The notes under the pieces are model-generated. The model had not been told where the DNA came from. It saw nothing but the letters and a program-made list of their open reading frames with translations, and did not search any database. A DNA stretch of 64,000 nucleotides, from IMG/VR virus record IMGVR_UViG_3300020047_004730; one strand, written 5' to 3'. Below, in pieces: positions 37,329 to 48,300 of this stretch (the first letter of the stretch is position 1; the number at the start of each line of letters is the position of its first letter). This DNA comes from an uncultured virus (IMG/VR IMGVR_UViG_3300020047_004730). Lineage: Duplodnaviria > Heunggongvirae > Uroviricota > Caudoviricetes > Crassvirales. The translations under genes were made by a program, and so were the position numbers.

Positions 37329-37738
37329 CAGAAAATCAAATCGTAAAAATTCATGAATACTTCAAGCCGCTATATCGTGTACGATTTGGCGACTGGGTGT
37401 CAGAGATGAGACGTCAGGTAGTGGTACAACTAGAAAGTCAAGGAGCATCAATTCCAAGTATAGCTAAGATCATACATGTCGAACGGTCTACCGTATACAA
37501 CTACCTAAAGTGCACACCTAGAAAGGACTGCATGAAGGAGGTAAACAAGTTTTTGTTTGAGTGGATTGATAAGGGTATGTATCCAAAATCTAAGTACGTT
37601 AATAACTCAAAAGAAGGTATCTATTACTTGGACTATGAGTTAAGAACTATCGAAAATATATACATTCCAATCGAAAGAAGCAAAAGATATGGTAGAAAAC
37701 TTGTCTTACAGTTAGATAAATTCATCGACCAACTGTAA
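37310..37738 (+). CDS. HTH DNA-binding protein
   Basis: GASIPSIAKIIHVERSTVYNYL helix-turn-helix. Confidence 0.7.
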   Translation: MSMEQLTENQIVKIHEYFKPLYRVRFGDWVSEMRRQVVVQLESQGASIPSIAKIIHVERSTVYNYLKCTPRKDCMKEVNKFLFEWIDKGMYPKSKYVNNSKEGIYYLDYELRTIENIYIPIERSKRYGRKLVLQLDKFIDQL

Positions 37739-37780
37739 TTTTATTTGGATATTAGTAATCAATGTCTTAGCTTTGCGAGC

Positions 37781-37948
37781 ATGATTCGAAATATACAATG
37801 GGTCAACTCAACTATGGATGAGATTGACGAATATAATCGTGAGCTGTATGAGGCACTATCTGATGGAAGTCAGGACGAGGTGGAGACAGCAATTAAGAAA
37901 CTGAATAAGGTCCTACTGGACATTCGAAAATCAATCAAGGATGAATAA
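37781..37948 (+). CDS. Small helical protein
   Basis: MIRNIQW...; TAGCTTTG element at 37768-37775. Confidence 0.6.
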   Translation: MIRNIQWVNSTMDEIDEYNRELYEALSDGSQDEVETAIKKLNKVLLDIRKSIKDE

Positions 37949-39071
37949 AGAAGTTAAAAAACGAGCCTTAGAGCTGTATGCTTCTGGTATGACCAATAAG
38001 TCTGCCATGGCTAGGATCATATCTGAGGAGTTATCGTTAGAGTACAATGCAGTTAGACATGCCACAAGCCGTTGCATACTAAAGGTAGAGGCTAAAAAAC
38101 ATGACCCAGCTCTAATTGCTGAGTGTGAAAGAGTTGGTATCGATCCGTCAAAGGTTGATGCGTACTGGCACAAGAGCAAGCACTTCAGTTTAAAGGTTAA
38201 GGGAGACAGTAACGAGTTCAGGTATGAAGACTTCCGTGATAACCTGATTGAAGAGATATCTAAATGGAGTCCTAAATACGTAACGATTGAACGCAAGCCA
38301 ATTAAGGATGGTCACTGTTTATTATTTGATCCTGCAGATATCCATATTGGGAAACTTTGCAGCTCGTTTGAGACTGGGGAGGATTACAACCAACAGATAG
38401 CTGTTAAACGAGTTCGTGAAGGTCTTCATGGAATTATTCAGAAGTCTAACGGATGGAATATTGACAAGGTTATATTCGTCGCTGGAAATGATGTACTACA
38501 TACCGACACACCTAGAAGGACCACAACTAGTGGGACCCCTCAAGATACGGACGGAATGTGGTACGATAACTTCGTCATTGCTAAGAAACTAATTGTTGAA
38601 ATCATTGAAACACTGATGACAATAGCTGACGTTGAGGTTGTATATAACCCATCAAATCATGACTACATGTCTGGATTTATGATGATTGACTCAGTTAAGA
38701 GCTGGTTCCGTGAAAGTCAGAACGTTAGTTTCAACACAGATATGTCTCACAGAAAGTATTCCGTTTATGGTAAGAACCTGATTGGAACTACTCACATGGA
38801 TGGCGCCAAGGTTACAGACCTTCCAATGCTTATGGCTCACGAAGCCTCTGAACACTGGCATCACTGTAAGCACCGATTTGTGTTTGGACATCACATACAT
38901 CACAAGAGTAGTAAGGACTACATGTCTGTAAACGTTGAGACTCTTCGTTCTCCAAGTGGCACTGACAGCTGGCACCACCGCCAAGGTTATCAATGGTCAC
39001 CTGTAGCTATTGAGGGATTTGTGTTTCATAAGGAGCACGGTCAGGTAGCTAGATTAACACATATATTTTAA
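37941..39071 (+). CDS. Calcineurin-like metallophosphoesterase with N-terminal HTH
   Basis: DIHIG, GND..H.D, SNHD, THMD, GHHIHH motifs. Confidence 0.8.
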   Translation: MNKEVKKRALELYASGMTNKSAMARIISEELSLEYNAVRHATSRCILKVEAKKHDPALIAECERVGIDPSKVDAYWHKSKHFSLKVKGDSNEFRYEDFRDNLIEEISKWSPKYVTIERKPIKDGHCLLFDPADIHIGKLCSSFETGEDYNQQIAVKRVREGLHGIIQKSNGWNIDKVIFVAGNDVLHTDTPRRTTTSGTPQDTDGMWYDNFVIAKKLIVEIIETLMTIADVEVVYNPSNHDYMSGFMMIDSVKSWFRESQNVSFNTDMSHRKYSVYGKNLIGTTHMDGAKVTDLPMLMAHEASEHWHHCKHRFVFGHHIHHKSSKDYMSVNVETLRSPSGTDSWHHRQGYQWSPVAIEGFVFHKEHGQVARLTHIF

Positions 39072-39318
39072 GTAATCAGATAAATAAAATACAATGAAAT
39101 TACGACAAATTAATATTCATCCTACAGAATGGCTACTACTTCCAAATTGGGATTTTAAGGCTACTCACTACTGTTATGTATCATGGTTATGCGTAACTAT
39201 AGACTTTAAGTATAATTAACACGCCTTAAGTATCGGTTCAGGCACCAAGCGCTTGGTTAAGAAAAGAATCTGATTAGAATGACGAGATATAATCCGAACA
39301 TTACATACTTAAGGAATA

Positions 39319-39350
39319 GAAAGCCCCGGTTTCGATCGGGGCTTTTTCTT
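39319..39350. terminator. Bidirectional terminator between convergent arms
   Basis: AAAGCCCCG...CGGGGCTTTTT. Confidence 0.75.
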
Positions 39351-39354
39351 TACT

Positions 39355-42300
39355 TTATTTTTTCTTTACAATTTCACTAGCTGTCTTTCCTTTTTGTAAT
39401 TCTTCTAAATCCCATACATCAACTTCACCTATCTCTCTTAGTTTAGCGTACTCTTTAGATTGTTTCTCAGTAAGACCTCCATTACTTTCTATATATTCTA
39501 TTTCATTTAATATGTTTTCAGTCTTCATTGTAGTCTTAATAAGTGACAACTTATATGGATCTATTTTATACTGTTTTTTTATCTCATCATACTTGACTTT
39601 TTGATTTTCACTAAGTGTTTCAGTATCCTTTACAATCTTGAACATTCTGTTCGCAATTTGATCCGTTTCCCTTGGACCAATTAAAGTTCCCTCTAGTTTT
39701 AGCAATGCTATAATTTTTAATTTATCTTTAGCTTCATCAGATAAATTTACCTCTTCGTATCCACCACCAGCATATCTTTTTCTTGTGTACTTACCAGTAT
39801 TATATGCCTTAATAATATCAGAAAGTTCTTCTATTTTTGTTAGCTGGATTCCTAACATACCTGATGATTTTTCTTTATCAATAAAGAACTGAAATTGATT
39901 TTCCAACATAAACTTATCTTTTTTAGAAGCAATTTCTTCATCCGTTAAAACATCTTGACCTTTAAATAATTTATTTTTATTTAATTCATCAATGTATTTA
40001 TTGAAGTCTTCATCTGAAGGTGTTCCAATACCAAACATTGGTATCATCTTGTTCATTGTTGATAATGTTAAGTCATCAAGAATTGGAGTAGGTGATATTA
40101 CATCTGTAATAGATGAGGAAAATATAGACTTTTCTAAGTTTGATTTGTACTTTTCAATAACTTTTTCTTCATCTTCATCATCTAATCCAAGTAATCCAGA
40201 TGCCGCGCTAATTATACCGAGTCCCACATAATATCTTATAGAGTTATACGCTGCAAACTCAGCTGTAAATCCTGTAAGTGATCTGATAGCATATAATCTA
40301 TCTTGAAGACTTGTATTTTTGTTTGCTACAACAGATATGTCTGACCAAACTCTATTTCTTTGGTTCATAGAGAAAGTTGCAAATGGAAAGAATACTTGCT
40401 TGATTATTTTAACGTAAGCGTTCTTGCTCTTAAAGAACTGACCTCTCATCTCAGTATCAGAAACATCCATGTTTGCATCAATCATTGATTGAGCATATTT
40501 TAAAGCTTTCTGATTAGGCTTTTTCCAATCTACCTTTATTTTTTGTTGAGCCATTGATTGTCTGTAGTAAGCAGCGAACGCCTGTATTCTAGCAAATCTA
40601 TCTGGGTTAGCTAACAACTGTTTTAATAAGAAAGAGTTCCATTTTTTTAAATAACTTAATGTATATTTATCAATAGCTCCTCCAACTGTAGCAACAATTC
40701 CTGCCTTCTCAAGTTCTTTATCAGCATTTTCAATAGTAGTAAGTGCATCAATACCAACATTAGATATAGGAAGCCCTGAGTCAGCAATCATTTCTAAAAT
40801 TTCCTTATTGAATAAGTCACCGGGTCTCATGTGCTCTCCAGCATTTGCCAACGTATTTACATTTGCAGTTCCCCATTGGTTAACAAACTGTGAGAATCCT
40901 GCTAGAGCACGCGCTGCACCAAATCCACCCACTGCATCAAGGAATGAATTAAAGAAATCCATTTCAGATTTTTCTATGTAGTTCTTTCCTTTTTTAGCAG
41001 ATACATATCCTTGTATCGCACTTACTACAATTCTTCTATCTTCAGCAGTTGGTATAATCTCTGCAAAATTATCTGATTTTAAGAATGCATTTGTATATCT
41101 AATAGCTTCAGCAGTGTATATGTCATTTAATGCAAGCTTGTATGATCTAAACATGTTTCTATCAAAGTCTAGGTCAATATACATGTTTGCAGGTAGCTTA
41201 CTTGGTCTTGTTGTTTCTATTAACACTCCAGCACTGTTTTTGTCTAACGTGTAGTTAGAGTTAAACGACATGAATCCAGAAGAATCTAAATCAAATTCAG
41301 ATGGTATAGATGAATCAAGATTAGTGAATTTATCAGGTGTATAGTTAATGTCATTAGCTAACATTGTGTTATATACCCCAAGTGCAGTATCTTTAAGTTG
41401 AGGATATATTTCTGAGAACATATCCATAACGAAGTCAGCTGCTTCTATGTTAAACTTCTCAGACTTACTAAGAACACCGTCAATATTTATATTGTCATCG
41501 TATAATCCAAGTTTTTTAAATACTTTCTCATACATATCAGCCTTAGCAATTTCTGTAGATGTTCCTGATTTTCTTAATACATCAACTGAATCTTTCAATA
41601 ATTTAAGTCGTTTATTGAATGAATCCTGCTCGTTAGCATTAACATCTCTTCTTCTTAACCATGAAATTACATTTCTTTCGAATATATTCTCAGCACTGTT
41701 AAAGTTCTTAATATTTTTGAATTTTTTAGTGTACTCGTTCTGCTTATCTAAAGACTGTCTTTCTGCTCTGTTTGATCCTTTAACTAAGTTGTTAAATCCA
41801 ATAGCCTCAGAAAAAGCTTGCCCAGCATTTTGTCCTGTAAATAATCTCTTGAACATCATGTTTATGTTTGTAAACTGCTCATTTTGAACACGTCCAATCT
41901 TTTTAGAACCAAGCATTCTTAATGGTCTAGCCTTTCCTTTGAACTCTTTTGCAGCAACAATACCATTATATGTAGCCATTATATCCTTAAGTGATGCGTT
42001 TGATTCATTTGCAAAGTATGTATCAAGTGCATCAAGTATTCTGATAGCCATCTTGTTATCTATAAGATTCAAGTCAACATTAACTGCAGCTTTAACCTCA
42101 GCTAAATCATCATTTGTAACCATTTTCTTATACTCTTCTAACTTATTCTTAAGTTCATTAGCTATCTCGTTCGAGTAATCCTTCTTGTCTTTAAGATTCA
42201 AAAGAACAGTATTCATCTCTTCGATGGTTTTACCTTCAGAGCTTTCTTCAGTTATACGTTCGTATCTATCTCTTAGATTTGACTCTTGCATCTTCAAGTG

Positions 42301-45300
42301 GTTTTCTTGTTCTTCAGCAATGTATTTAGCAATAACATCAATGTCAGCTTCCTTCTTGAATTTTATAATGTCCTTAGTTATTCTAGTTGATTTTACAGAG
42401 TTAAGAACCAGCTCGGCAATCTCGTTGTACTTATTGATATCAACAACCCACTTAGGATTAAGCTCAGTAAACGACTTAGCTACAGATACAAATGGGTTAG
42501 CTTTTCCTTTTAAATTTCGCTTGATAGCCTTTTTAAAGTTAATACCATTGCTAACTCTTTCAATGTAGTCAGCGTTACTTACAACCTTTAACACATAGTC
42601 CATAAATCTATCAACCATTAACTGGTTGTCAAAGTTTGTGTTCTTCAAGGCGTTAATAATAGCAGACATCTGTCTGATATTTATCTTGCCTTTAGTAACC
42701 ATATCTTTTACTTGATCTGCAATAGAAGTAAGTACTTCTTTAACCTGTTTCTTTTTATCTTTAGCGGCTTTAGCTTCTCTCTTTATTATATCAGTAAGAC
42801 CCTTAACGTCGTTAGTAGTGATTGTGATAGGAGCCTTTTTATCTAAAATTTTACCAACACTAGGCGCTGACTTAGTTTTCTTGTCATAATCCTTCATTAA
42901 CTCACGAGCTACTTCTTCACGCAATATATCGTCCTCCATTTTGTAGACAATATTTTCCATGGACTCATTGAAAGCGTTCTCTTCAGTTGCTCCCTCATCA
43001 ATTAGTCTGCTGTACTCTATGTTGAAATCATTCTTAGCATTTTCTTTAGCTATGTATGGAGCTAATGAATTATTTATTTGCTCATCACTGAATCCTTTAT
43101 CTTTAAGATACTTAGTTATAGCCTCATTAGAGAATCCATTCTCTTTACATAGCTTTATTACAGCATTTATGTTGCTAGGCTTCTGTTTTCTAGCTTTAAC
43201 AGCACCGTCAATATTACCAGTTCCAGATACCCACTCAGGCATAAGCCCTACCTTTTGGTCTGCAAACTTCATTATATCGTACACCTTCTCAACAAGCTTA
43301 TTAGCCTGCTCAATTTTTCCCTCCTGACGAAGTGCTCTAGCCTTATCTCTTAATCTGAAAGCCTCTTCATTTACTCCAGAAAAGTTTACATACGAGTTCT
43401 GACCTCTTGTTTCAGATGTCATCGCTCTTCTAGCAAGTGGTGAGTACATTACAGAATGTATCATCCATGCATTCTCTTCACCTATAGGTCCGAAGCTGTT
43501 ACCAAATTTTGCGTGACCAAAGAAGTCATGAACGAATCTGAACACATCGTTTACTAGAAGAGTCTCACCATTCACATCTTTGAACCCACTATCTTTCAAA
43601 AGAGGATTCTCACTTCTTTGTTTTTCAGTTATACCATTGTCTCCAAATCCTGACTCTGTAGAGTATACCTTGAATCTTTTATTCTCCTTCAAGTCTTTTA
43701 TCATGTCCTCACTACTAGAGTAAGGCTCTTCGTTATTGATCTCTACAAAGTATCCATCATTTACAATTTCCTTGTACTGAGCAATAGTCTCCTCAGCCAT
43801 TTTATTATATGCTGCTGCAACTTCTGGGTTTGTAGGATCATCCTTCATCTTTTCAAACTCATCAGATATAGCCTTAGAGTTTTCCTTATCTAGAGATGTA
43901 ACTGGAACAACTTCCTGCATAGTTATTCCGCTCTTTTTAGCATATCTATCAGCAATAGTTGATGCATCCTTTAGAGGTTCGTTAAATAGCTTGTTTCCAG
44001 CAACTGGCTTTTGTTTACGTTTAGTTGTGTTAATTACTTCTTCATTATCTAAACTTGCCTGATCTACACCAGCTGAGTTTTTATCTAAAGACTTAGCATT
44101 GTTATCAGCTAAATATTCAAACCATACTGGCTTACTTATTCCACCAGCTATATTGCTAATTTGAGAATGGGCATCATCTAAAGATATTTCATTATTACTA
44201 TATTTATTCCAAATATCATTTACATTAGACTCATTGCTTTTATTTGATTTAAATGTAGCTTTAAATAATCCTCTTACAGCCTCCCAATTTATACTTTGAA
44301 CTTCTCTAGGTAATAGGTTTAACTCGTTAGCTAGTTCTCTATACGCATCTGCATAGACTGGATAGGTACCAGTCATTCCAGTATTTACGTTTCCAGCTCC
44401 TCCAAAGTTATATAAAACTTGTTTAGATGATCCAGAAAGAGGCAGAAGTAATGCTGCTGCAACGGCATGAGTATCAATAGTTACTGCATTAACATCATTA
44501 GGATTAGATATGTTATTAAAGAAATTTCTAACCTTATGCATATTGCCAAGATTAGATGATATGTTTTTAATAGACCCATCTTGCAATATAGATATTGATT
44601 TTTCTATTGTTGGAAATGCTCCCCATCCACATGCTCCCGGAGTACCATCTTTTTTTCTAACTAATCCATTTACTAATCCATTAGGAGATATATTATTATA
44701 TTCTCTTGGATTATAGACTTCATCAAAAACTCTAATAAAGTAAGCCTTGTCTTTATTGTTTAGTTCAGATAATTTTTTATTTTTTACTCTTGATATTAAT
44801 TCTTGCGAATCTTTAAATAATGGAACTTTATTTTTACCAGTTCCAGATGACGCATTTTTCACATATTCTATCATTTTTGAATCGAATACTGAACTTTGTT
44901 GTTTACTATATATATCTATGACTCTCTCTCCAAGAGATAAGTTTCTAAACCAGTCCATTTGTGGACTAAGCACAGCCATTACACCAGATACTTGTTCTAG
45001 TGAATAATTATATTCAGAAGATATGTTATTACATATTTTATTAGCTCCATCATACCATAACTTAGATATATCTCTTACATCATTTCCAAATGAATTATAT
45101 AACCATTTTAGATTTAACTTGATAGATTCTTTAAAATCTAGTATAACTTTTTTAGCGTCTTCAATATTTTCAACATTTTTTATTTTTGAAATATTATATC
45201 CAGATATTTCTTTAGCTATTTTTATATATTGAGCTTCAGCTCCAGCATCTTTAGAGGCAATATTTTCTAGATCTGATATACTTACAATGTATTTATCATT

Positions 45301-48300
45301 ACTATATGCATCATTAGCTTTAGGTAGTCTAGTTGAAACAATAGGTCCTTCTATAACACTATCTTTTGTTTCCTTTACTATATTTTGTTTCCTATTTTTT
45401 AAATTTTTAATAGAAGATTCAGATGGTTTTTCTAAATTACCATTTTTGTCAGTTACAGATGGTATCACCTTTACATCAGCCTCACTAATAACCTTGCCCT
45501 TAGCTACCTTTCTAGCGATGGTATTAAGCATGTCATACGTCTCGTTTCTATCGAACGGATCTAGTCCAAACATATTAGCTAACTTATCAATCCATCTAGC
45601 AAGCAAATCTTTAATGGATGCAGACATGGAGTTATAGTTTTCTGCTAGAATACCTACTAGTTCAGCTACCTTTTCTTCGTTCTGAATGTTTTCTTCATAG
45701 TTAGATATAAAATCATCTAGCTTCTTTTTAAGAGCTGGATTATTTTCGATCTTAGCTGATATAGCTTGAACCATTCGTTTAGTTACAGCTGCAGCGTTCG
45801 CGTCTGTCTTAACTTTGTTTATCAATATAGCATGAAACACCTCATGAGCTACAGTTCTTCTGTTAGCCTTAGTTACGTTTATATGTATGGTATTTGTCTT
45901 TGGATCAAATACACCTCCAACATCTTCAGTCTTTCCTTCGCCAGTTGCTAATACGAATGATTCATTTGTATCGTGAACGACAAACTTAGTACCCGGTATA
46001 ATTTTAGATATAGCTTTTGCTGCTCTAGCTACTATCTTAGCCATTCGTTTGTCAGGTATAGTGTTTGCTATACGATCAATCTCAATGTCTGATCCTTCTA
46101 ATAACTTACCAATCTCCTCTACCTCCTGCTCTACTGTTTTAGCAGCAGGCTTAACTTCAGTAACAACTTCTTGTTTAGCTACAGTTGGTGTCGCTTTTTC
46201 TACTTTCGTAGTAGTAGCAGTTTTAGTTGCAGGCAACAAAGGAGTTATTTTTGCATCGTACTTATTGTATATTTCGTTATACTTAGCTAAAACATCAGCT
46301 GGCATAGATTCCTTGTTTATCTCACCATCGACTTTGTATTCCTCTATATTAGGTATAGCTTCATTTAACTCTTGCTGTTCTTGAGCTCTTAAAGTTTTTA
46401 CTTTTTCGCTATTGGTAGCCTCCTTGCTTTTAGAAGTCTCCTTAACGTACTTTGTCTCTACTTCTTTGTATACAGTATCAAAGTCAGCTTGCTCTACAGT
46501 TCCAATCTCATTTTCTCTTTGCTTTATAGCTAAATCCATAGCTATGTCACCAGTAAACTTAGCTGTTGTTCCAAATCTATCTGTTACCGTTACAGCCGCA
46601 AGATTACCTGCATCATCAAATTCAAAGTCTCCTTCATTTATCTTCATCGTAGGAGTGTCTAGAACAACAGTTTCACCGTTATCCATTACAGCCTCTGTTC
46701 TGCCTTTGTTTGATTTAAAGGTAGCAGGAACTCCGTTTACTTCTGCTGTTTGTCCTTCGAAGAATTTTTCTGCGCTGATTTTAGCTGTAGCAGCTTGTTT
46801 AGCAACTGGAGCTGTGCCTCTTTGGGTAACAGCGATAGTTTCAGTCTTTGTTCTAAATTCATAGTTGTCTAGTTGTTCTGCTATATTCATTAATTTTTCA
46901 GACAAAGATTTCTTGGTCTGATCAGAATAATTTGCATCGTTATTAATTGATTCTACTTCACTAAATATCGTATCTATAGTTGAATTAATTTCTGAATCGT
47001 TAATGTATTCAGCGTTATTCATCTTAGCCATTACGCTATCTATAGTACCACCTATTCTCTCGTTTGATCCTAGTTCTGAAATATAATTACTTACTTCTTG
47101 TGTTGCCTTAGCACCGAGTTCTTTTACACTTATGCTTTCGACAGCGCTATCGCCAGTATTTGCTTCATTGACCGTGGCTTCCCGTTGGATCCCTTCTCCT
47201 TGCCCGACTTTTTGTTGTCCTTCACTAGTTCCCTGATATTCGACTGTACTACCTTCTGTTGTACCTTCTTGTTGCTGGATGTTGTCTTTTTTATTGGCAT
47301 CTTCTGATATTTGTGTTAGTTTATTGTTTATTTCTGATATTCTAGCTTTTTGTACTGAAACAAGACTCTCATCTTTACCTGAAATTTCATTTTCTAATCT
47401 TTGTTTTTCAGCCAATAACTTAAATGATTCTGTCTTATCAGTTACATTAGCTGGAATCTTATCAAGCAAACCTATAGAAGAATTTAATTCATCTATTTGA
47501 TCTTTAGCTTGCTCTACTGTAATCTGATTATTTAAAATTTTTGTCTTTAAATCATTTTCAAATACAGTTTTTACATTTGGATCATTTATTATTTTCTCTA
47601 ATGTATTTATTTGATTTGCAGTTCTAACTTCCTTAGCAGTACTTATAGCCTGAGTAGTAGAAGACATTATCGTTCCTCCAAGAAGTCCTAGCTTATAGCT
47701 TTCAGACATTCTATCTACTATCTCTGGAAATGAAGGATTTTTAAATACCTCTTGATCTTTCATTTCATTGTATGCATACTTTATCCCAATATCACCTAAT
47801 TCCTGTAAGGCTTCAGTAGACGCTTCAACATTACCTTTAGCTGACAAGCTTATTACTCCCTTTGCAATTAATGCATTCACGTTAGTCTTTACAGCCTTAT
47901 CTACCATTTCTTCAGTAGCATCCTTAGGTAAATCCTTAAATGCTTTTGCCATTATATATGATGTGAGATTAACACCAGCTGGACTCTTAGAAAACCATTT
48001 AGACATACCCAAAGACTCTAGCTTGGAAGATATATATCCATATCCACCACTTAATAATATCTTATCAGCTTCATCTATACCTGCAGTATCTGGGTCTGAA
48101 TTTATTTGATCTTTAAAGTTTAAGTATGAGTTAGCAAACAATCCTAATTGTTGAGGATTTAGAACAGCTTTTTTACCAAGTTGTTTCATTATCTCAATCC
48201 CTCCTTGTCTCCAAAATGATGATGTAGCAACAGATCCAACAGCTCCTCCTATAGGCATAGAAGCTGCAGCACCTATTGATTCAGCCATTCCAGCCAATAC

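Noticed and set aside
41161..41175. DLDFD in the giant protein as a crAss-like virion RNA polymerase DxDxD motif
   Set aside because: Context (YIDLDFDRN) lacks the G/A-DFDxD-K setting, and I see no other double-psi-barrel motifs; probably chance, though an HMM search should confirm
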